Below, piece after piece: positions 1-7,804 of a DNA stretch of 50,092 nucleotides. The notes under the pieces are model-generated. The model saw nothing but the letters and a program-made list of their open reading frames with translations. It was not told the DNA's origin and ran no database searches. The stretch's first letter is position 1; the number at the start of each line of letters is the position of its first letter. This DNA is from Ilumatobacteraceae bacterium (lineage in GTDB: Bacteria; Actinomycetota; Acidimicrobiia; Acidimicrobiales; Ilumatobacteraceae). The position numbers and the translations under genes are program-made. The stretch lies in assembly GCA_031404635.1 (NCBI GenBank), contig JANNHY010000119.1, forward strand, positions 1-50,092, read 5' to 3'.

Positions 1-1
1 G

Positions 2-283
2 TTGGTCGAGATCGACGCCGATCTCGACCAGGGTGCCGACATGGTGATGGTCAAACCGGCGCTTTCCTATCTCGATGTGATCGCTGCGGTACGCGCCCAT
101 GTCAACGTGCCGGTCGCCGCCTACCACGTCAGCGGCGAGTACGCGATGCTCAAGGCCGCGGCGGCCAACGGTTGGATCGATCACGACGCAGTGGCCATCG
201 AACACCTCACTGCGATCAAGCGCGCCGGGGCCGATGTGATCCTCACCTACCTGGCCCGCTGGTTCGCCGAGACACAGCAATGA
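2..283 (+). CDS. hemB: porphobilinogen synthase (5-aminolevulinate dehydratase), C-terminal fragment; 5' end outside window
   Basis: ORF is open at the window edge. Translation contains [12 protein letters not shown] (Schiff-base Lys region), [12 protein letters not shown] and ADVILTY, typical of the ALAD C-terminus. It is followed by hemL. Confidence 0.85.
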   Translation: MVEIDADLDQGADMVMVKPALSYLDVIAAVRAHVNVPVAAYHVSGEYAMLKAAAANGWIDHDAVAIEHLTAIKRAGADVILTYLARWFAETQQ

Positions 284-1551
284 GCACCAACGCCGAGTTC
301 TTTGAACGAAGCTGCCGGGTCATCCCCGGTGGGGTCAACTCCAGCATCCGCGCATTCAAAGCCGTCGGGGGCACGCCGTACATCGTCGAGCGCGCCGCGG
401 GGCCGTACGTGTGGGATGTCGAGGGCCGCCGCTACATCGACTTGGTGCAGAGCTACGGGGCGATCATCCTCGGCCACGCGCATCCGGCCATCACCGCCGC
501 CGTGACGGCGGCCGCCGCCAACGGCACGTCGTACGGCGCACCCACGCCGGGCGAGATGCTGTTGGCCGAGACGATGACAGAGCGCGTCCACAGCTGCGAG
601 ATGGTGCGGCTGATGAACAGCGGCACCGAGGCGACCAGCACCGCTGTCCGCCTGGCCCGGGGCTTTACCGGGCGCGACCTCTTGGTGATTTTCCACGGCA
701 ACTTTCACGGGGCGACCGACGCATTGTTGGCAGCGGGCGGAAGCGGCGTGGCCACGCTCGGCCTGCCTGGCACGGCTGGTGTACCGGCCAGCGCAGTGGC
801 CAACACGATGGTCGTGCCATACAACGTCGTCCCCCAACTCGACGAGCAGGTCGCCGCCGTCATCGTCGAGCCCGTTGCCGCCAACATGGGAGTGGTCGCC
901 CCTACAGCCGGCTTTCTGCAAGGCCTACGCGCCGAATGCGACCGTGTCGGCGCGTTACTGGTCTTCGACGAGGTCATCACCGGGTTCCGCCTCGGCCACG
1001 GCGGTGCCCAAGCCAAGTACGACGTGCTCCCCGACCTGACCACCTTCGGCAAGGTCATCGGTGGCGGACTGCCCATCGGTGCCGTCGGCGGGCGGGGCGA
1101 GATCATGGAGACGTTGTCGCCGCTCGGGCCGGTGTTCCACGCCGGAACCTTGGCCGGCAATCCGTTGGCGACGGCTGCGGGTCGCGCCGCGCTGCACGAA
1201 CTGACCGACGACGTGTATGTCGAACTCGGGGCCCGTGCCCGCCGACTGGCCTCGCTGTTGGGCGACGCTTGCGCGGCGGCCGGCATCGCTGCCCAGTTCC
1301 CCGTCGTCGGCACCTTGGTCGGCATGTACTTCGGCAGCGGTGATGCTCCGACCAACTTCGTCGAGGCCAAGACCACCGACGAGCAGGTCTACCGCACGTT
1401 CTTTCACGCCATGCTGGCCGAGGGCATCGCCTTGGCGCCGGGCGCTTACGAGGCGCTGTTCGTCGGGCTCGGCCACGAGGACGACGTGCTCGATGCGATC
1501 GGCGGCGCCGCCGCTCGAGCGGCGAGCGCCACCGCCGGCCGGCTCGGCTGA
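280..1551 (+). CDS. hemL: glutamate-1-semialdehyde 2,1-aminomutase
   Basis: The ATG at 280 overlaps the hemB TGA (ATGA). The N-terminus [26 protein letters not shown] is typical. Class-III aminotransferase motifs [16 protein letters not shown] and [11 protein letters not shown] (PLP Lys) are present. The track ORF start at 172 is an upstream extension. Confidence 0.95.
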   Translation: MSTNAEFFERSCRVIPGGVNSSIRAFKAVGGTPYIVERAAGPYVWDVEGRRYIDLVQSYGAIILGHAHPAITAAVTAAAANGTSYGAPTPGEMLLAETMTERVHSCEMVRLMNSGTEATSTAVRLARGFTGRDLLVIFHGNFHGATDALLAAGGSGVATLGLPGTAGVPASAVANTMVVPYNVVPQLDEQVAAVIVEPVAANMGVVAPTAGFLQGLRAECDRVGALLVFDEVITGFRLGHGGAQAKYDVLPDLTTFGKVIGGGLPIGAVGGRGEIMETLSPLGPVFHAGTLAGNPLATAAGRAALHELTDDVYVELGARARRLASLLGDACAAAGIAAQFPVVGTLVGMYFGSGDAPTNFVEAKTTDEQVYRTFFHAMLAEGIALAPGAYEALFVGLGHEDDVLDAIGGAAARAASATAGRLG

Positions 1552-1566
1552 CCTAACCTCGCCACG

Positions 1567-2301
1567 ATGCGGCAGTTCGTCTCGTTGCGCTTCTGGCTCG
1601 CCATCGCTGCTGTGCTCGGCCTGACCTACGGGCTGTGGTACGTGTTGGTCCGCGAGGACGACAGCGTTGCGGTGATCGGCCGGCCCGCTCAGACGGCAAC
1701 AACCGAGCACCGTGTCAATCTGCTCCAGCCCGTCTACGGCATCCAGGCCGACCCGGGTTTCGCGATGGTCGACGGCGTGGCCAACGGCGACATGTATCTG
1801 GCACTCGACGCGACCCGCACGATGGTGGTCAAGGCTGGCACGCAGGGCCAGATCACGTGCGCCAGGCTCGCCGAGATCAACCAGTGCGTTGTCGCCGCAG
1901 ATCTACTCGGTGATGCCGTGGTGTGGTTCTCGCTGATCCCCAACCCGCAGCGCGCCAACCTCGTGCTACCCGGCGTCGCCGAGGTGCGCAACGAGAACTG
2001 GCTGTTGCTGGCGAACGGATGGGAGGTGCCGCGCAACGAAGTCGTCGAACGTAACTGCGACGCCGCCGGGCTCGAGGACTTCGTTCGTCGCTTCGGCGGT
2101 GGCCTGAGCACATCGACGTTCAGCTTCGAGCAGCAGCAGATCGTCAAGGTGACGTGTCTCGAGGAGCCCGAGATTTCGACCACGACCTCGACGACCTCGA
2201 CGACCGTGGTGCCCACGGTGGTCGTTCCGATCGACACCGCGGTGATCCCCGAGACGAGCATCCCCGCGGCAAGCGTCCCGCTCGACACCACCGCCGGCTG
2301 A
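1567..2301 (+). CDS. hypothetical membrane-anchored protein with Thr/Ser/Pro/Val-rich C-terminal tail
   Basis: ATG start. N-terminal hydrophobic helix FWLAIAAVLGLTYGLWYVLV, a globular middle region, and a C-terminus ISTTTSTTSTTVVPTVVVPIDTAVIPETSIPAAS. I recognise no family. Confidence 0.55.
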   Translation: MRQFVSLRFWLAIAAVLGLTYGLWYVLVREDDSVAVIGRPAQTATTEHRVNLLQPVYGIQADPGFAMVDGVANGDMYLALDATRTMVVKAGTQGQITCARLAEINQCVVAADLLGDAVVWFSLIPNPQRANLVLPGVAEVRNENWLLLANGWEVPRNEVVERNCDAAGLEDFVRRFGGGLSTSTFSFEQQQIVKVTCLEEPEISTTTSTTSTTVVPTVVVPIDTAVIPETSIPAASVPLDTTAG

Positions 2302-2320
2302 CCTTGGAACGTGTCGAGGG

Positions 2321-3283
2321 TTACGGCTTGCGGCGCTGGCGGGCAATCTCGTAGGTCGCCAAGGCGGTCGCGGCGCTGACGTTCAGTGAGCTGAGCCTGC
2401 CGAGCATCGGGATGCTGACAATCACATCGCAGCGCTCGCGGACGAGCCTCGACAAACCGGCGCCCTCGGCGCCGAGCACCAGGCAGACCCCTTCGACAGC
2501 GAGATCGCCGATGTCGAACAGGTCGCGGTCGGCACCGTCGTCGAGGCCGATCACCCAGATTCCGGCTTCCTTGATGCGTGCCAGCGCTGCGGGCAGGCCA
2601 CCGACCAGAGCCATCGGGACGTACTCGACGGCGCCCGCTGCGGCCTTGGCAGCGGTCGGCGTGATGTGCACGGCGCGGTGGCGGGGCAGCACGACACCAC
2701 CGACGCCGGCGCCGTCACAGCAGCGCAACATGGCGCCCAGGTTGCCGGGGTCGGTGACGCCGTCGACGGCCACCAGGAACGGCGCCCGACCGGGACGGCG
2801 CTTTATCAATTCGGCGAGTTCGGTCTCGAGCAGCGGCGCGGCGAAGGCGATGACGCCCTGCGGGGCCTCGCTGCGCGCCTTTGCTTCGAGGCGTCTGCGG
2901 TTGACCTCTTGCACCGGGGCGCGCACGCTGCGGGCGATGTCGACGATGTCGGTGACGATGTCGCTGGCTGACTCGCCATCGAGCAGGTCGGTTGCCACCC
3001 ACACCTCGCTCACCTTGCGCTTTCCGGCTATCAGCAGTTCGCGCACCGCTTGGCGGCCCTCGACCTGCTCACCGCCAAGGGACTTTTCCGGCTTGCGCCG
3101 TTCTTCGCCAGGGGCGACGATGCGCCCCGTGCGTGCTGCGCCGCGCGAGGCAAACTGCCGGGTCGAACGCGCCGCGGATCCACGACCCTTCGATGCCGCC
3201 GGGCCACCGCGGCCCTTCGTGGCAGCCGGGCGCGGCTGGCCGCCACGACGGCCGCCGGCACCGCCTGGCTGTCGACCGGCCAT
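2321..3283 (-). CDS. rlmB: TrmH/SpoU-family 23S rRNA 2'-O-ribose methyltransferase (RlmB-like) with Arg/Gly-rich N-terminal tail
   Basis: Start taken at the ATG at 3283 (MAGRQPGG...), which overlaps the ispF stop (ATGA). SpoU motifs are present: VTDPGNLGAMLRCCDGAGV, LVLGAEGAGLS, IPMLGRLSSLNVSAA. The track ORF extension to 3553 lies inside ispF. Confidence 0.85.
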   Translation of the reverse strand: MAGRQPGGAGGRRGGQPRPAATKGRGGPAASKGRGSAARSTRQFASRGAARTGRIVAPGEERRKPEKSLGGEQVEGRQAVRELLIAGKRKVSEVWVATDLLDGESASDIVTDIVDIARSVRAPVQEVNRRRLEAKARSEAPQGVIAFAAPLLETELAELIKRRPGRAPFLVAVDGVTDPGNLGAMLRCCDGAGVGGVVLPRHRAVHITPTAAKAAAGAVEYVPMALVGGLPAALARIKEAGIWVIGLDDGADRDLFDIGDLAVEGVCLVLGAEGAGLSRLVRERCDVIVSIPMLGRLSSLNVSAATALATYEIARQRRKP

Positions 3284-3768
3284 CAGCGGTGCTCCTTGGT
3301 GATCACGGCAACCGCCCAGCAGGCAATGCCCTCGTGCCGCCCGACCGCTCCGAGTCCTTCGGCGCGCCGCCCCTTGACGGTGACCGGCGCACCGCACGCC
3401 TCGCTCAGCCTGGCCTGCATCTCCGCCCGGCGCGGCGCCAACTTCGGCGTCTCGCACACCACCGAGCAGTCGACGTTGCCGATCGTCCAGCCGTCGGCGC
3501 GCACCAACGTGCCGGCGTGGGCGAGCAACGCCAACGAGTTGGCACCCTTCCATTGCGGGTCGGTGTCAGGGAAGTGCTCACCGATGTCGCCGAGCCCGGC
3601 GGCGCCGAGCAGAGCGTCGGCAACAGCGTGGGCGACGGCATCGGCGTCGCTATGGCCGTGCAGACCGCGAGCACCGTCGAACACGACGCCGCCGAGCACG
3701 AGTGGTCGGGTCGGGTCATCGCTGAAGCGATGGATGTCGAAACCCTGACCGACACGAACGTCGCTCAT
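3283..3768 (-). CDS. ispF: 2-C-methyl-D-erythritol 2,4-cyclodiphosphate synthase
   Basis: Translation reads VGQGFDIHRF...GHSDADAVAHAVADALLGAAGLGDIGEHFPDTDP...GNVDCSVVCETPKL, the classic IspF motifs. The ATG at 3768 overlaps the ispD stop. Confidence 0.95.
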   Translation of the reverse strand: MSDVRVGQGFDIHRFSDDPTRPLVLGGVVFDGARGLHGHSDADAVAHAVADALLGAAGLGDIGEHFPDTDPQWKGANSLALLAHAGTLVRADGWTIGNVDCSVVCETPKLAPRRAEMQARLSEACGAPVTVKGRRAEGLGAVGRHEGIACWAVAVITKEHR

Positions 3769-4451
3769 CGCCCCTCTTTCTCGGCATGCTCGCGGGCCCA
3801 GGCGAGATCGTCGAGGTGGGTGATCTTGCGGTTGGTCTGTTCGCCGGTGACCACCACGACTCGTCCGCCGCAGTTCTCGACGAGCGCAGCGTCGTCGGTC
3901 GCCTCTCGGCCGCTGGCGTGAGCGGCGCGCAGGATCGACGCCCGAAAGGCCTGTGGGGTCTGTACGGCAACCAGCGTCGCCCGCGGTGGTGTGTCAACGA
4001 CGATCTTGTCGTGATCCATCCGCTTGATCGTGTCGGTTACCGGGATTCCCGGAACGGCCGCGTCCGCACCCTCGGCGACGGCTTGGATCACCGCTGCGAA
4101 CAGTTGCGTCGAAGCGAAGGGGCGGACGGCATCATGCACGCAGACGATCGTCGCGTCTCGTGGAACCGCGGCAAGACCGGCGCGCACCGACTCACTGCGT
4201 GTCGCCCCACCGGCCACGCCACCCTCGGCAGCCACGTCGGCAGGAGGGACGACGACTACTACGCCATCGCTGACCGCCCGGGCCACCTCGGCAGCATGGT
4301 CGATGACGCGCCGCGAGCCGACCTGCTCGTACTGCTTGGCCCGGCCGAGGCGCGACCCGGTGCCCCCAGCGACCACGATGGTCCAGACATTCTCTGCTGC
4401 GTGGAGCGGCACGACCGGCGAGGGTAGTACCGTTCGACGCACATGGCTCAC
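3765..4451 (-). CDS. ispD: 2-C-methyl-D-erythritol 4-phosphate cytidylyltransferase
   Basis: Motifs VVAGGTGSRLG, VHDAVRPF and VQTPQAF are present. The start is uncertain, with in-frame GTGs at 4451, 4442 and 4412. The GTG at 4451 is preceded by GAGGAGG with a 5-nt spacer. The track ORF extension to 4838 is antisense to crp and is rejected. Confidence 0.85.
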   Translation of the reverse strand: MSHVRRTVLPSPVVPLHAAENVWTIVVAGGTGSRLGRAKQYEQVGSRRVIDHAAEVARAVSDGVVVVVPPADVAAEGGVAGGATRSESVRAGLAAVPRDATIVCVHDAVRPFASTQLFAAVIQAVAEGADAAVPGIPVTDTIKRMDHDKIVVDTPPRATLVAVQTPQAFRASILRAAHASGREATDDAALVENCGGRVVVVTGEQTNRKITHLDDLAWAREHAEKEGR

Positions 4452-5105
4452 GAAGACCTCCTCGCCCGTACCGAATTCTTCGCCGATGCGCCGCACGAGG
4501 TGCTGGCCCCGATCGCTGGCGCCGGTCACGAGCAGCATCTGATTCGTGGCGACGTGCTGTTCCACGAAGGCGACATCGCCGAATCCCTGCATCTTGTGCT
4601 GCGCGGCCGCTTGGCGATCGCCATCGCCAACCCGATCGATCACCGCGAGACCGTCGTCGCCCTGATGGAGCCCGGCGACCTGCTCGGCGAGATGGCCATG
4701 CTCGACGGCGGTCCACGGTCGGCGATGGCGCGGGCGCTCGAACCTTCCGCCGTCTTGACCATCCCATTCGAACCGGTGATGGAAGCTTTCCGCAGCGACC
4801 CGAAGCTGTTGTGGGGCGTTACCCGCCTGCTCGCCCAACGCCTCAGGGTCGCCGACGAGGCCCTCGCCGACAGCGTGTTCCTCGATGTCACCGGTCGAAC
4901 GGCGAAGCGACTGCTCGAACTGTCAGAGGGCGTCGACGACTTCATTCTCCCGGTCACGCAGGAGGAGTTGGCCGGCATGGTCGGCGCCTCACGCGAGCGG
5001 GTCAACAAGGCGATCGCCAGCTTCATCCGCCTCGGCTGGATCGACCAGCACGAGCGCAAATACACGATCCTCAAACGCGACAGTCTCGACATCCGGGCCC
5101 GGTAA
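4443..5105 (+). CDS. crp: Crp/Fnr-family cAMP-receptor-like transcriptional regulator
   Basis: A cNMP-binding domain (GDVLFHEGD...LLGEMAMLDGGPRSA) is followed by a C-terminal HTH, RTAKRLLEL...TQEELAGMVGASRERVNKAIASFIRLGWI. This closely resembles actinobacterial Crp/GlxR. Confidence 0.85.
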   Translation: MAHEDLLARTEFFADAPHEVLAPIAGAGHEQHLIRGDVLFHEGDIAESLHLVLRGRLAIAIANPIDHRETVVALMEPGDLLGEMAMLDGGPRSAMARALEPSAVLTIPFEPVMEAFRSDPKLLWGVTRLLAQRLRVADEALADSVFLDVTGRTAKRLLELSEGVDDFILPVTQEELAGMVGASRERVNKAIASFIRLGWIDQHERKYTILKRDSLDIRAR

Positions 5106-5118
5106 GCAGCCAACAGCC

Positions 5119-5167
5119 CGAAGTATGGCCGCACGCGGCCACGATGGCCGCCTGGCACCATACTTCG
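5119..5167. terminator. hairpin between convergent crp and ABC permease genes (possible bidirectional terminator)
   Basis: Perfect 10-bp arms, cgaagtatgg (5119-5128) and ccatacttcg (5158-5167). The loop contains smaller GC palindromes (ggccgc..gcggcc, ggcc..ggcc). There is no clear U-tract. Confidence 0.4.
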
Positions 5168-5173
5168 CTGTGT

Positions 5174-5929
5174 CTACGCGTCGCGGTGGACGGTGATGAC
5201 CGAACCGACCGTCGCAACCAAGGCGGTGACCACGGCGAAGTAGACCCCGCCGGCCACTCGGCTGAGGCTGTCGGTACCGGCCGCGTCGGGGTTGCCGAGC
5301 CCGAAGCCGGAGATGTATGGCAGGAACTTTTGTGGATGGTCGACGCCCGCTGCAGAGAGGATCGCGAGGACGATGTTCTCGACGACCAACGGCCACAGGA
5401 TCAAAACAGCGACTGCGGCCGGGGTGTTGCGGACCACCATGCCGAGCCCGAAGCCGAGCAGGCTGACGATCACGGCGAAGACAACGACGCCTATCAGCGC
5501 GGCTCGTGCTTCGGGGTCGCTGCTCAGCGACAGCGAGGCGCCGCGTGACTTGGCGATCGTTGACGACAGGGCGAAGCAGAACACGACCACCAAAGCCTCG
5601 GCAACGGCGGCGAACAGCGCGGTGACGACAGCCTTGGAGATCAGCACGCGCATTCGCCGCGGTGTCGCCGCGAAGGTCGGGCGAATCGTGCCGTAGGCGA
5701 ACTCGGCACTGATCGACACCGCACCGACCACCCCGAGCAGCAACGCGGTGACCACCGACGACCCGGTGACCAGGCCGACGACGTCGGAGATGCGCAAGTC
5801 GGTCACGTCGCCGAGCGAGGCGACGAGAACGCTGACGATCACGGGGAAGGCAACAGCGATGATGAACAGCACGAAGTTCATTCGCACCGTGCGCAGCTTG
5901 ATCCACTCGCTTCGAATGGTGTCGATCAT
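5174..5929 (-). CDS. ABC-2 type transporter permease
   Basis: The N-terminus IRSEWIKLRTVRMNFVLFIIAV and about 6 hydrophobic segments are typical of ABC-2 exporter permeases. The ATG overlaps the ATPase stop (ATGA at 5926-5929). Confidence 0.75.
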   Translation of the reverse strand: MIDTIRSEWIKLRTVRMNFVLFIIAVAFPVIVSVLVASLGDVTDLRISDVVGLVTGSSVVTALLLGVVGAVSISAEFAYGTIRPTFAATPRRMRVLISKAVVTALFAAVAEALVVVFCFALSSTIAKSRGASLSLSSDPEARAALIGVVVFAVIVSLLGFGLGMVVRNTPAAVAVLILWPLVVENIVLAILSAAGVDHPQKFLPYISGFGLGNPDAAGTDSLSRVAGGVYFAVVTALVATVGSVITVHRDA

Positions 5930-6861
5930 GACGCTCCATGCACCGGCGGCGCGGCGAACTGCTGCGAGGCGAACTGCTGAGCGGTGGCCGTTGCTTTCAG
6001 GAAGGCGTCCTCAAGCGAGCCTGTCTGCGGTGACAACTCGTGCAGCACGATGCCGTCGCGAGCGGCGAGCTCACCGACCTCGACGGCGGTAATGCCACGC
6101 AGCTCGACAGTGGTCGCGTCGACTGTGCCGGCATGGGCGCCCTGCGAGACTGCCGCAGCAGCGAGGGCCTCGACCGCGGGGCTCTTGACCCGCACCCATC
6201 GATCGGCGTGACGTTCGACGAACTCGGGCACCGAACACTGCTCGATCAACCGTCCTTGGCCGATCACCACCAGATCGTTGGCCATCTGGGCCATCTCCGA
6301 CAGCAGGTGGCTGCTGACCAGGACCGTACGGCCCTGCGAGGCGAGATGGACGAGCACGTCACGGATCCAGCGGATGCCCTCCGGGTCGAGTCCATTGGCC
6401 GGCTCGTCGAGCACGACCGTATGCGGGTCACCGAGCAATACGGCGGCCAGCCCGAGTCGTTGGCGCATACCGAGCGAATATGTCTTCACTCGACGTCCAC
6501 CGACGGATTGCAGCCCAACCAGGTCGAGCACTTCTTCGACTCGCGACCGCGGCAGCCGATTGGAGGCCGCCAACCACCGCAAATGGTTGCGCCCACTGCG
6601 ACCCGGATGCACGTAGCCGGCGTCGAGCAGCGCGCCGACCTCGTGCAGGGGTGACGACAACTGGCGATAGACCCGACCTCCGAAAGTTGCGCCACCGGTG
6701 TCAGGGCGATCGAGCCCGAGCATGCAGCGCATCGTGGTGCTCTTCCCCGACCCGTTCGGCCCGAGGAAGCCGGTGACGGTGCCTGGCCTGACTTCGAAGC
6801 TGAGGTGATCGACGGCGGTCGTGCGCCCGAAGTACTTCGAGAGGTCGACGACGCTGATCAC
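5926..6861 (-). CDS. ABC transporter ATP-binding protein (ABC-2/DrrA-like, with C-terminal extension)
   Basis: Walker A GPNGSGKST, signature YSLGMRQRL and Walker B VVLDEPANGLD are present. The GTG start overlaps the stop of the upstream binding-protein gene (GTGA). Confidence 0.9.
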   Translation of the reverse strand: MISVVDLSKYFGRTTAVDHLSFEVRPGTVTGFLGPNGSGKSTTMRCMLGLDRPDTGGATFGGRVYRQLSSPLHEVGALLDAGYVHPGRSGRNHLRWLAASNRLPRSRVEEVLDLVGLQSVGGRRVKTYSLGMRQRLGLAAVLLGDPHTVVLDEPANGLDPEGIRWIRDVLVHLASQGRTVLVSSHLLSEMAQMANDLVVIGQGRLIEQCSVPEFVERHADRWVRVKSPAVEALAAAAVSQGAHAGTVDATTVELRGITAVEVGELAARDGIVLHELSPQTGSLEDAFLKATATAQQFASQQFAAPPVHGAS

Positions 6862-7766
6862 GTGGAGACGATTCCGATGAATTCGTTGGCCACGACCTCG
6901 GGCGAGGCACCGTCGACCTGCAGACGTTTCATCATCGCCGGCAGCTGTTCTGTGGTTATCCGCGCACTGGTCGCGTCGAGAATCGACAGCACGTCGGCCG
7001 TTGCAACGTTGGCGGTGATCAACGGCAGGATCACATCGTTGGGCACGAGCGCCTTGTCGTCTTGCAACACGGTGAAGGTGCCCGTCGACAAACCCGGATC
7101 GGAGGAGCGGGCGACGCCGCAGTCGGCGGTGCCGGCGGTGACAGCTTCGAGGATCTTGTCGCTCGCCGTCGGCACGATCGACTTGAACTCGATCTGGTAG
7201 GTCTCGCTCAATCCAACCGCTCCCATCGGCGCCGCCGTCTCAAAGCCGTCGGGCGCCGCCAACGTGGCCCTGCCGGGCTTGGCACCCAGGTCGGTAAGCG
7301 TGACGATCGTGTTGGCCTCGGTGAAGGTCGTGGTGCAAGCGATGACGTCTTTGTCCTCCGCGGTGGAGAATCCGCCGATCTCCAAGGTGACCGGCATGGC
7401 CTTGACAATAGCGTCGGCCTGCAACGTCGTCGTGTTCGGCACAACGTCGGTCGCGCCGGATTGCACCAACAACCACGACAGCAACGCCTGGCTGGTCGCC
7501 CCGGCCAGTTGCACATCACCAGCTTCGATAGCCGCGTACAAAGCCTCGGGCGTGTCGAACGCCTTCTTGCGGGCAACGCGAAACTCGGCCTTCTCCAGCG
7601 CCTGACCGTAGATTTCGGACAGCAGCTTGCTAGTTGGATCAGTAGTCGAACTGATCGTGATCTTCGGCTTCAGGGCGACAGTCGATTCGCTCGATGTCGT
7701 GTCACCGCATGCGGCGAGCAGAACCAAGGCGGCAAGGGGCAGCTTGAGGGTCGCCGGGGCACGCAC
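6858..7766 (-). CDS. glycine betaine/choline-type (OpuBC/OsmF-like) substrate-binding lipoprotein
   Basis: The lipobox LLAAC follows K/R-containing VRAPATLKLPLAALV. Family-like segments are LLSEIYGQALEKAEFRV, VLQDDKALVPNDVILPLI and QVDGASPEVVANEFI. Start set at the GTG at 7766; the track start at 7853 would overlap the upstream gene. Confidence 0.7.
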   Translation of the reverse strand: MRAPATLKLPLAALVLLAACGDTTSSESTVALKPKITISSTTDPTSKLLSEIYGQALEKAEFRVARKKAFDTPEALYAAIEAGDVQLAGATSQALLSWLLVQSGATDVVPNTTTLQADAIVKAMPVTLEIGGFSTAEDKDVIACTTTFTEANTIVTLTDLGAKPGRATLAAPDGFETAAPMGAVGLSETYQIEFKSIVPTASDKILEAVTAGTADCGVARSSDPGLSTGTFTVLQDDKALVPNDVILPLITANVATADVLSILDATSARITTEQLPAMMKRLQVDGASPEVVANEFIGIVST

Positions 7767-7804
7767 GACACAAGATCGTAGGCGGTCGCGATTGGTGAAG
7801 CGGG

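Noticed and set aside
3765-4838. 357-aa version of ispD
   Set aside because: Its first about 130 codons are antisense to the crp gene and have no IspD similarity. The conserved VVAGGTGSRLG glycine loop should be near the N-terminus.
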